Made by a program: the position numbers and the translations under genes. 45,791 nucleotides of DNA from a virus, in the IMG/VR virus record IMGVR_UViG_3300029857_000010; one strand, 5' to 3'. The notes beneath the pieces are model-generated. The model saw only the letters and a program-made list of their open reading frames with translations. It did not search any database and was not told the DNA's origin. Positions 1 through 9,064 of this stretch are shown here, in pieces (within the stretch, counting starts at the first letter, position 1; the number at the start of each line of letters is the position of its first letter).

Positions 1-1488
1 AGTCGAAGTGCTGGACAATGAGCTATCCACAGTAATATTAGTAATATCTGTTTTCTTAGCATAGGTATCAACAATGACATTACCTGCACCATCATGAAGT
101 GCTGCTGCTGCTGTTTCAGTTTTACCTAATTTACCATCTAAGGCTTCTTTGATAACCTTGTTCTGCACAGGGTTCAGACTGGAATCACTTAATTCAGCAT
201 CCACATCAATAGAAGTACCACCACCAGAACCCGGATTACCTCTTGGAATCGTAAAGTTCAAGATAGCGTTAGTAGAAGTACCACTATTGGTAACACTTGC
301 ATTAGTACCGGGTTCACCTGTATACACACTACCAATACGGATAGTAGCAGCATTACCAGCAATACCTTGTAAGCCTTGCTCACCTGTATCGCCTTTATCG
401 CCTTTTACACCTTGTATACCTTGTGCGCCAGGGTCACCTTTGTCACCTTTTGCGCCCTTAATGTTTACACTAGCAGGATTATCCAAGCCAGCCTTATTTG
501 TCCAACTCAACACACCAGAAGAAGATACACTAGGGGTGAATACATTGACATTCTCACTATATCGTTTAGCATTGTCCATGTAGGTTTTTGCATTGTCCTT
601 GTAAGTTCGTGCTTCGTTTGCACTACTTCTTGAAGCGTTTGCAAAGTTACTAGCAGTAGTAGCAGCAGACTGTGCCGCTTCCTTGCTGGCTTCTGCGTTG
701 TTTTCGCTAATTTTGGCATTGGCTTCGCTTGCCTTTGCGTTGGTTGCAGATGCCGTAGCGTCAGCCTTGGCGGTTAATGCCTCCTGCTTATAACCACTCG
801 TCAGCTCCGCATTTTCAGCAGCGCTTGCAGCAGATAAGCTCGCGTACTGTGCGCTGTTACCTGCTACGCCTGCTGATTCGAATGCACTATCTTCACTCTT
901 TGCCGCTGCAGCTGCACTTGCAGATGCAATCTGCGCTTGTGCTTGAGTCTGCGCATAAGTGCCTTGCACCAATGGCAAAACCTTTGCCGGGTCTTCCGAC
1001 AATTCAAGAGTTTTTCCGTCGTCGCTAATTCTAAAGCTCTTGCCGTTCTCCCACGGGATTACAGTATCAATATCAGAACTTTTGCTTACACCGATTTTCA
1101 AACTTCTGTCGGTAGTATCGGTAAGCTGTTGCGCAATCATCGTCAATTTGTCACCGATTGCCTCAACCTGGTTAAAAGGATATTGGTCTGGCAAATCCGT
1201 TTCCTGCGTTACCGGCACTTCCCTATAAATCGTCAGTTTCCAACCTGTCGGCAACGCCGGCGGCCGTTCACTCTCCGGCACTTCTGCGCCGACTGCGTAA
1301 CCTGGATAACGCACAACGCTTTTTTCAACGTCAACATAATAATCTTTAGTCAGCAGTTTTTCTTTGCCGTCTGCGTCTGTCAGCAAAACTTTAATGTCCG
1401 TTCGGTTTAAAATTTTAAACTGATACGCAAACTCTGTTGCATTTCCGTTGCCGCTATATGTGATTCTGTTCTCAACATGAGCAAGCAT
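1..1488 (-). CDS. tail fibre protein, N-terminal 496 codons; the gene continues across the window junction into 44991..45692
   Basis: Reverse frame is open from the ATG at complement(1486..1488), which has the SD AAAGGAGGGG 7 nt upstream, down to position 1 with no stop. It contains collagen-like Gly-X-Y triplets (GAKGDKGDPGAQGIQGVKGDKGDTGEQGLQGIAG, about nt 360-462) and Ala/Ser-rich repeats. Protein sequence is continuous with the ORF at the window end (…ITVDSSLSSTST…). Confidence 0.8.
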   Translation of the reverse strand, partial: MLAHVENRITYSGNGNATEFAYQFKILNRTDIKVLLTDADGKEKLLTKDYYVDVEKSVVRYPGYAVGAEVPESERPPALPTGWKLTIYREVPVTQETDLPDQYPFNQVEAIGDKLTMIAQQLTDTTDRSLKIGVSKSSDIDTVIPWENGKSFRISDDGKTLELSEDPAKVLPLVQGTYAQTQAQAQIASASAAAAAKSEDSAFESAGVAGNSAQYASLSAASAAENAELTSGYKQEALTAKADATASATNAKASEANAKISENNAEASKEAAQSAATTASNFANASRSSANEARTYKDNAKTYMDNAKRYSENVNVFTPSVSSSGVLSWTNKAGLDNPASVNIKGAKGDKGDPGAQGIQGVKGDKGDTGEQGLQGIAGNAATIRIGSVYTGEPGTNASVTNSGTSTNAILNFTIPRGNPGSGGGTSIDVDAELSDSSLNPVQNKVIKEALDGKLGKTETAAAALHDGAGNVIVDTYAKKTDITNITVDSSLSSTST

Positions 1489-1627
1489 AATAGTTCCCCT
1501 CCTTTTATTATTTTTGCCAAAAGAAAAGTGTAGATATATTTTTATATCTACACTTAATAAATTCACTTTAACTAATTATACATTCATTTTCAAAGGTTCG
1601 TATCTATGCTACTTTGTGAAATTTTTG

Positions 1628-4600
1628 TCAATCTTTTTTACGTTCGCTTTTTGGTCTGCGCTTGTAAATATCTTGCAGTTCAAAATCCATATCACCAGCA
1701 GCAATATCTATGCTGTTGAATATGATATTGAAGATGCCGGCAGGAACGCCAAGAAATGCACCGCCGACATATGCAGACTGCTCTATCAGTTCGCCAGTTC
1801 CTTCTTCGCCTCTGGCAACCTTGCCCAAACGGCGATAGACTGTCATGCCTTTATCAATCAGTCCTTGTGCCGCAGTCAGCCTGTAACCGTAGTTTTTCAT
1901 GCCTAGCAAGCATTGTATGCCGATATTTGCAAATTGGCCGTAAGGTCCACCCATAGACAACGGGTAGTTGATAAGTTCTTTTGACAATTTACGATAGCCG
2001 TCCTTATCTTTCTCAAAAGGAGCAGTCAAAGAAAGCTCTGCCATAGCCACGTTCAGCAAGCACACGCCGAGGAATTTGGCACCAGCAAAAGCAATCAGCC
2101 GTTCAGCCATTTCTTTTTTCTCACCGCTATTCCATAACCTTTTAACAATATGTGCTTCTCTGTCCCATTGGTTAAATTGTGTATTGAAAAATCCCTGGAA
2201 CATCGTAAACAATCTGAATAAGCCGCTATTTCGTTGCATACTTGATACATCATGAATACGACTACTGCCTAACGTGCGGCGAATAACAGTGTTCGCAAAG
2301 TCTAGTGCTTCCTGCTCTGTTTTGCCTTCGTTGATTTTCTTCATGTATGCTTCTGCAAATACCGGCTTTGCAGTCATCATATCAGTGTAGCCTAAAAGCA
2401 TTGCACCATATTTCAGCGTCCTTTTTTCAATCGGGTTAAGGTCAGAACGGTTCTGAATATCCCTTAACGTAATGTCTGGCACTCGCGAACGCTCACGCAT
2501 AAATGCGCTTTTGGCACAAATAGCGTCTACTTCTGCTCTGCCTTCACCTGTAAAACTGCGAAGTAAGGCTCTGAAAGCATCAGCATGAGTAAAGCCTTTT
2601 GTACTATTGCCGTAAAGAAATATGTTAGTAGTGTTCTGCATTATCGTTTTAAAATTAAACATAATAGCCGCATTTGTTGCAACATTACGCAAAGCGTCAG
2701 CAATCTTCGTAAACGTCGTTTCAGCCATGTATGCTGTCCTGCTACCATATGGGTTAGCGCAAGCCTGCAAAAACTCTCTCAAAAGTCTTACGTTTGTATC
2801 GCCTAAACGCTCAACCATGTTGCGGTAAATATCCTCATCGTTCAGTATCTTTCTGAAATCAAGCATTGTTTCGCGATAACAAATATCATGAATGTATTTT
2901 TTTACCGCCGTAACCTCACTGCCACGCGATAAGTCTACGGGATATTTGCCGCCGGTACGTGCTTTACTTGCGCTAGTATCCGTAGTCAAAGTCCGTTGCG
3001 GCGGTCTGCTGCCTTCTTCGGTACTGTCGATTCTGTCAAATTTTCCGGGCATACTGCCGGTGCGTGTATCACGTTCCAACGGGAAGTAACCACCTTCAAA
3101 TACCACGCTTTCACCGCTTGCAAGCTTCAGCACCAGCGGTGACGCTTCAATCTTCGGCGGCTCAAAGCCTTTTGTTCTGCGGTTGACTTCTGCCAGCATA
3201 GGCCAGAATTTACTTGCTGCATTGATACGCGCCTGGGCATAAGCAATATCTGCTTTAGTCAGATGCTTGCACAAAAACTCTATAAGGTTTTGTTTGGTTT
3301 GCAGCATTGCTTCTTCTTTGCCTATAAGCTCCGATTCTTCCACCCATATATCAGAATTCTTTACGCCTACCGGTTTTTGCGAACACAGCCTTGCGGCGTT
3401 ACTATCACTGCCAAGGTTGCACAGCATAGCAATCAAAGCATGCTTATCTGCGCTACCGCCAAGCTCTTCGTAGTAAATCCTTGTATCATGCGCAATGCCT
3501 GCTTTCTTGTCCGGCTCCCATTTCTGTAAAGCATCTATAAGCTCGTTCTGGTAACTTTCAAGCATCGTGCTTTCCATATCTGCACAATGGTTGATTTTGT
3601 TGTAAAACTCCCTAGTAAAATAACCTTCTTCCGTCCAATTATCCATCATCAAGAAAAAGTTATCAGCGTTACGCAGTGTAGCTATGATATTTTTAGGCCA
3701 GTCAATAATTCGCTTACGCAGGCTCTTTTTACTGTCGCTGCCAATCTCCGCCTCGTACTCTACCGGCAATTCTTGCAGGTGCGCTATCGTATCAGCCTTA
3801 ACCTGTTCAAAAGCTTCACCGGCGGCAATCTTATTCATCTTCGTATCTTGCTTTGCAATAGCACGAATGTTTTTCAGTGCGTCGATAACGTCCATGTAGT
3901 TTGCAAGGCTAAGCTGCGGCGCATTGGTCAAATCGTTATTCGGGTTCAAAACAAACTCCGGCATAGAAATAATTTCGTCGCCGTACTTTGCCTGCATCTC
4001 TGCAATGTACTCGCTAAGCGACTGCACCTCTCTACCGTTGGTGTTAAAGTCCTTGCGATGGTAGCCCATACGCTCCAGCAAAGCGCACATCTGGAAGAAG
4101 TGCTGCTCTGTTCCCCATACTTCTTTCTTGCTGTGCATCTGCTTTTTGACGTACTTTCTTGCGCTTTCAATCTGGTGTTTGGCCTTGACTGCTTCACGAT
4201 ACAAAGCATGGTTAATCATCTGCTGCTGCTTATACATAGCCGCTTCTTCCAAAAGGCCGGCTTTAGCAGCCTTATTTGCATTAGCCGCCGCTCTGCGTTC
4301 CGCCATAGCAAATCTTCTCGGCTTCATAACCTCGCCTGCGGGCAAAGTCTGAATATAGCGTTTAGCAAAATTATCTGCGTTCTGCTTACGCACTTTAGCA
4401 ATATTCTCACGCTCTTTTTGCTTAATATCCTTGTCGCTTATTTCATTAAGTGCTTCATCAATAAGCTGTTGTTCAAGTGCAACCACTTCGCCGCTTTCGT
4501 CATTGTAGAGTGCTTCCCTTGCCGCTTCTCTTGCCTGCTCACGCTCCTGCATGAAGTCGGGGAATCTGCGGTTTACGGCCTTGTCAATCTCTTGACGTAC

Positions 4601-7600
4601 CATAGCTCTTTCGCTAGGTGAAGTCAAAATATCCTGTGCCATAGCATCGCCGCTGTCATAGCCTAAGCTGTCGGCCACCCAGTCAAACAGTTCTCTCTGC
4701 TCGTTAGACAAGGCACGCTTTTTGCTCATCTCCACAAGGTCGACTTTATCCGGATTAGTTTCAAGCTCATGCTTCAAGGCTTTAAGCTCGTTAAGCTCCG
4801 TAAGTTGTTCACCCTCTACCAACGTTTCGGCAATCTCTTTCAAGCCTTCTTCGCTTTTGAGCTTTGCTCTGTCACCGCCGTTGCGAATGTAGTTTCTCGC
4901 CCAGTTATCCTGCACGTCGCTACCCTCATTCTCATTGACGGTATAACCTTCGACAATCTCTCTTGCCATTTCATAGCCGCTGGCATAGCCGTTTTCCTCT
5001 GCTATCTGGTCAAAGAGTTCTTTTTGCTCCTGCGATAATTGGTTGCGCTTACTTTCTTTTACCAAGTCGACACCTTCGGGGTCTGTTTCAAGTCTATGTT
5101 TCAAGGCTTGCAGTCTGTCCAGCTCATCTACAATATGCTTAAAGTCTGCCTTAATTTCAGCGTCGCCATAATCTAAACCGGTGCTACGCAAATCGTAGTA
5201 ATCCGCTATATCTTCGCCTCTTGCAATCTTTTCAGCAATTCTTCTGCGTCCTTTTTTACTGGTCAAGTCGCTTACGCTGCCGCCGTAGTCATGAACGTAT
5301 CTTGATACCCAGTTGACATTACGAATACTGTCACCTGCTTCATGGAATACAAGGCCTTCAATATCCGCTTGCTCTAAAGCTCGCTTAGTCCAATGACGTT
5401 TTCCGTCCTTGCCTATCTCACCAAAATCAACCAAGACTGCGCTTTGGTCCGGTATGCCTGCAAAGTCATTTGCATACTTGCCTTCTGTTCTGTTTGTTGC
5501 GGCGAAGTAGCCCCACTTGCCATTGATAAAAAACGCACGCTCACTCTTGACTGTATCTTGATATTCCGCAAGCTCACTTTCTATTCTGTTAGCAATCGGA
5601 TTTAAAATATCGTCAATAGCTCCGTTTGTATCTTTTAATAATTCGTTATAGTTTATACGTTCATTGCTATAAATATATTTTCTTGCAAGCCTACGCGGAT
5701 TAGCTTCTATTGTTTCCCATTCGTTGATTTTCTGCTTGAAGTTAGCATGAGCCATGCCGTGCTCATCAACAACAAATGTAGGATTGGTTACAGTTTTTTG
5801 TCGTGACTTGCTAAACATAGCAATCAGCATATCTTCGGCATTTGCAACACGCTCTTTAGAAAGTGTGCCGTATGTGTCGACTTCTGCTTGAAGATACTCA
5901 ACTATCGGATTGAGTATATCGTCAATGCTGGCGTTAGTATCGTTCAGCATATCATTATAGTTTGGCAGTACGCTTCCTAAAACGTGCCTGTACTTTCTTG
6001 CTATAATTGCAGGATTGGCAAGCTTTGTTTTGCGCCATGGAGTATCCGAATTATTAGCATGAGCCATGCCGTGCTCATCGTCTATAAAGTGCGAATCAAC
6101 AACCTTAACTTCCTTACCAAACTCATAACCTACCTGGTGTCTTGCACGATTGACAAGCTCCAATGATACTGCTTCTTCAATCTGCGGCCGTATTTCTTCG
6201 ATGAAAGCAGCCTTTTCAGCTCTGCGCTTTGCGCTGAAATCAGCCATTGCTCGTCTTGTCAGAATATCCACGGCCTTGTCTTTAGCCTTCAAGATTTTAT
6301 CCTGCAAGGCTTTTTTATTTTGGTCTGATAACTTGGATGTTATATTCTCTGGCAAGCCGCCGAACATGCCCTCCATGCGTGCCATAACTTCAATTTCTTC
6401 ACGGCACGCCAACATTCTGTCAAATACTTGCCGTACTTCCGGCGTTAATTCTGCCGCATTTTCGCTTCTTGCTATCTTGCTATAAATAGCTGATAACCAA
6501 TTAGCGAATCTCTGGAACACTCCGCGCAAGCCAACACTAGGCGCTTTGCCTTCCATGATGTAGGTTTCAAATGCTTCTGCCAGCTTTTCATGCCCGGCTC
6601 TCTTTGCTTCAACGTCACCGCTTGCCCATGTTTCAGCATCAATGCCTGCATACTCCATGAGTTTTTTTGCATCAGCATTTAGTCTTGTGTTGCTGGGGTC
6701 TGCCAATGCTTCGTTAATCATGGTTTCCACAAAGTAGTGTCCTGTTTCGTGGATAACTGTACTTGCATCTGCGCCCTTAAAAAGCGTGATAACATAAGTA
6801 CCATCATCCATTGGGGAAATCATGCCTTTATCTTTCAGTGTACCATTGACAATTTTTTGTTGCTTGTAATTATCTGCTTTTTGTGATACACTATTAGCAA
6901 AAGAGGACGTTTTGTTTGAGATACTGGGCTGAGCCTTGAATTGCTCGGAACCCGAGGGCTTGAACGCGTCCTCTATTTTTTTATACTCACTTTCGTTAAA
7001 AACATTATGATTATAATATGATAATGATTTATCATTATGTTCTCTTACTGTAACAACTACATAACGTTTTTCACCATTAACATTCAGTGCAGAATGAATA
7101 TAATAAAAATTCTCGTCTGAATGTTTTTCTTTTTGCGGCGCAGATTCTGTAACGAAATTACCATTCTCCATAATTTCACGTAAATAGCGCAATGCAAAAA
7201 GTTTTTCTTTTTTAGCGGAAGTGTGTTCCATTTTCTTTCTGCCACTTGTGCCAAATTTAATATTATTTTCTTGATACCCTTTATCTATTCTAATATCACC
7301 CAATACACCATTATGAACGCTCGTGCCTTGCAAGTTGTCCCTATACCATGCAAAAGCCTTTTTCTGCAAGCTCTTCAAATCTGAATAGTGTCCCATCTCA
7401 TTTCCGGTAATATTAGTAGTATAGAATTGCTCTTTTTTAAGCACTCCTCCCTTGCTAAACCAGCCATTCTTTTGTTTAGCTTTGCCGCCATCTTCAAAGC
7501 GCAGCTTATTCTTTTGCAGCCACGCAGCAGGATTTTCGGGGTCTGCAATAAGCGCGCGGCTCTCCAATACTAAACGCAAATTACCGGCATGAGATTTATT

Positions 7601-9064
7601 CATACCGGCTTTAGTAGCGCTGCCTACAATAGCGTCAAGTTCTGCATCAAGCTCCGTACTTGCTTGCCTGGTTAAGTTGTAGCCTTCTCGCAGTTCTTTG
7701 CGCGTCTTTGCACCACCGTCCGACAATTCGCCGTTACTGTCAAAATACATATTGTCTTTCGTAGCTTCAAACAATGCATTGTCCTTAGCCATTGCCGCCG
7801 TAAACTTGCCGCGGCTAATATCAATATCCTGCCCCAGCTCCGCCGCAGTTGCCACTTCTTCCGCTGTCACACCTAACTCGTCAAAAAGTTTATTGTTATT
7901 GCTAGTCTGCTTGTAGCCTTCCAAGTCCTGTGCAGATACTGTTACTGTATCGTCCTCAAAGTTAGGATTATTCGCTTCAATTTCAGCCGCCGCACGTTCC
8001 GGGTTAATGCCTGTTTCTTTGATTCGTTCAGCATCCGCTACTAACTTCGCCTTACGTTCTTCGTTAGCTTTTAATGCGACGTGCTCAACAACGCTGTCAA
8101 CTGCAACGCTTACGCCGCTAACACTACCGCCAAGAATAGCACCAATAAGGCCGCTATATCCTGCTTCCTTCAAGTTCTGCTGCCAGTTCTCGCCCCACTT
8201 CTCTGCAAGTTTGGCAGTGCTTGCGCCGGGGTTCTTTGCCCATAAGTCCGTAGCTTGCTCCGGGAATTCCTGCAATGCTTCGGTAACACCTTCTTCAAGG
8301 CCACGTTTGGTAACTTCCCATATCTTAGTTTTCAGTCCGCTACCGGCAGGCATCTTTTTAAGCAGTCTGCCAAGCGGCAGTTCTTCTAATACTGCCTGCG
8401 GGATTGCATTCATCAAGCCAGCCTCCGCTGCTCTGGTTGCGCTTACGCCCTCTTTGCGCAGTCGCAGGTATTGTTCGCCGCTGATGTTTGCACCATTGTA
8501 AAGCATACTGATAGCGTGTACAGTTTTTGCACCTGCACCGGCAGCACCTACACCTTTAGTCAGTGCAAGCTGTACTAAAAGCTGAATGCCGTTTTCAGCC
8601 AAATCATAACCAAGTTGCCCAGCCGCCGTATCAGCCTTAACTTCTTCGCGCTTCAAAATCTCATCGGTGACATAGCCTAAAGCCTTGCTGATGTTCTCTG
8701 ATTGGTCATACTCTTTAACAACATTCTTGTCACCCTTATGAGCTTCAATATTAGCGTCAACGGTCGCTTTAGCCGCACCGAATAAGCCACGCACCGAACC
8801 TTTAAGGCCGTTCATTACGGCAGTGCCTATGCCTGGTTTATCATCGTTGATAATGCTGCTAGTATCAATCGTCGGTGAGCTATTGCTCTGTACTGCCTGC
8901 GAAAACTTATTGTACTCATCGTCGCTCATTTTTTGCAGGTCATAATAGCCTAGAGTTTCAGCAGGTGACAAGCCGCTGTCAATATCAGCAATAAAGCCAT
9001 AATTAGCATATTCCTTTTTTGCTTTTAATCTGCGGTCGAATTCGTCTAAAGGTTCATTAGCCAT
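1628..9064 (-). CDS. giant 2478-aa virion/ejection protein (polyvalent-type) with an HExxH zincin-like metallopeptidase motif and internal tandem duplications; in the position of T7 gp16
   Basis: Single uninterrupted 7.4-kb ORF. HETGH motif at nt 6737-6751. Two pairs of internal repeats, about 5537-5773 vs 5849-6103 and 4616-4798 vs 4940-5122. Start codon abuts the stop of the upstream SLT gene. Confidence 0.75.
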   Translation of the reverse strand: MANEPLDEFDRRLKAKKEYANYGFIADIDSGLSPAETLGYYDLQKMSDDEYNKFSQAVQSNSSPTIDTSSIINDDKPGIGTAVMNGLKGSVRGLFGAAKATVDANIEAHKGDKNVVKEYDQSENISKALGYVTDEILKREEVKADTAAGQLGYDLAENGIQLLVQLALTKGVGAAGAGAKTVHAISMLYNGANISGEQYLRLRKEGVSATRAAEAGLMNAIPQAVLEELPLGRLLKKMPAGSGLKTKIWEVTKRGLEEGVTEALQEFPEQATDLWAKNPGASTAKLAEKWGENWQQNLKEAGYSGLIGAILGGSVSGVSVAVDSVVEHVALKANEERKAKLVADAERIKETGINPERAAAEIEANNPNFEDDTVTVSAQDLEGYKQTSNNNKLFDELGVTAEEVATAAELGQDIDISRGKFTAAMAKDNALFEATKDNMYFDSNGELSDGGAKTRKELREGYNLTRQASTELDAELDAIVGSATKAGMNKSHAGNLRLVLESRALIADPENPAAWLQKNKLRFEDGGKAKQKNGWFSKGGVLKKEQFYTTNITGNEMGHYSDLKSLQKKAFAWYRDNLQGTSVHNGVLGDIRIDKGYQENNIKFGTSGRKKMEHTSAKKEKLFALRYLREIMENGNFVTESAPQKEKHSDENFYYIHSALNVNGEKRYVVVTVREHNDKSLSYYNHNVFNESEYKKIEDAFKPSGSEQFKAQPSISNKTSSFANSVSQKADNYKQQKIVNGTLKDKGMISPMDDGTYVITLFKGADASTVIHETGHYFVETMINEALADPSNTRLNADAKKLMEYAGIDAETWASGDVEAKRAGHEKLAEAFETYIMEGKAPSVGLRGVFQRFANWLSAIYSKIARSENAAELTPEVRQVFDRMLACREEIEVMARMEGMFGGLPENITSKLSDQNKKALQDKILKAKDKAVDILTRRAMADFSAKRRAEKAAFIEEIRPQIEEAVSLELVNRARHQVGYEFGKEVKVVDSHFIDDEHGMAHANNSDTPWRKTKLANPAIIARKYRHVLGSVLPNYNDMLNDTNASIDDILNPIVEYLQAEVDTYGTLSKERVANAEDMLIAMFSKSRQKTVTNPTFVVDEHGMAHANFKQKINEWETIEANPRRLARKYIYSNERINYNELLKDTNGAIDDILNPIANRIESELAEYQDTVKSERAFFINGKWGYFAATNRTEGKYANDFAGIPDQSAVLVDFGEIGKDGKRHWTKRALEQADIEGLVFHEAGDSIRNVNWVSRYVHDYGGSVSDLTSKKGRRRIAEKIARGEDIADYYDLRSTGLDYGDAEIKADFKHIVDELDRLQALKHRLETDPEGVDLVKESKRNQLSQEQKELFDQIAEENGYASGYEMAREIVEGYTVNENEGSDVQDNWARNYIRNGGDRAKLKSEEGLKEIAETLVEGEQLTELNELKALKHELETNPDKVDLVEMSKKRALSNEQRELFDWVADSLGYDSGDAMAQDILTSPSERAMVRQEIDKAVNRRFPDFMQEREQAREAAREALYNDESGEVVALEQQLIDEALNEISDKDIKQKERENIAKVRKQNADNFAKRYIQTLPAGEVMKPRRFAMAERRAAANANKAAKAGLLEEAAMYKQQQMINHALYREAVKAKHQIESARKYVKKQMHSKKEVWGTEQHFFQMCALLERMGYHRKDFNTNGREVQSLSEYIAEMQAKYGDEIISMPEFVLNPNNDLTNAPQLSLANYMDVIDALKNIRAIAKQDTKMNKIAAGEAFEQVKADTIAHLQELPVEYEAEIGSDSKKSLRKRIIDWPKNIIATLRNADNFFLMMDNWTEEGYFTREFYNKINHCADMESTMLESYQNELIDALQKWEPDKKAGIAHDTRIYYEELGGSADKHALIAMLCNLGSDSNAARLCSQKPVGVKNSDIWVEESELIGKEEAMLQTKQNLIEFLCKHLTKADIAYAQARINAASKFWPMLAEVNRRTKGFEPPKIEASPLVLKLASGESVVFEGGYFPLERDTRTGSMPGKFDRIDSTEEGSRPPQRTLTTDTSASKARTGGKYPVDLSRGSEVTAVKKYIHDICYRETMLDFRKILNDEDIYRNMVERLGDTNVRLLREFLQACANPYGSRTAYMAETTFTKIADALRNVATNAAIMFNFKTIMQNTTNIFLYGNSTKGFTHADAFRALLRSFTGEGRAEVDAICAKSAFMRERSRVPDITLRDIQNRSDLNPIEKRTLKYGAMLLGYTDMMTAKPVFAEAYMKKINEGKTEQEALDFANTVIRRTLGSSRIHDVSSMQRNSGLFRLFTMFQGFFNTQFNQWDREAHIVKRLWNSGEKKEMAERLIAFAGAKFLGVCLLNVAMAELSLTAPFEKDKDGYRKLSKELINYPLSMGGPYGQFANIGIQCLLGMKNYGYRLTAAQGLIDKGMTVYRRLGKVARGEEGTGELIEQSAYVGGAFLGVPAGIFNIIFNSIDIAAGDMDFELQDIYKRRPKSERKKD

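Noticed and set aside
3587-4621. Long plus-strand ORFs antisense to the giant gene and other large minus-strand genes (for example 3587..4621, 15973..17127, 29537..30496, 937..1410, 149..583)
   Set aside because: These are shadow ORFs inside confidently called genes on the opposite strand. They lack SD sequences and have Leu/Ser/Arg-rich junk composition.
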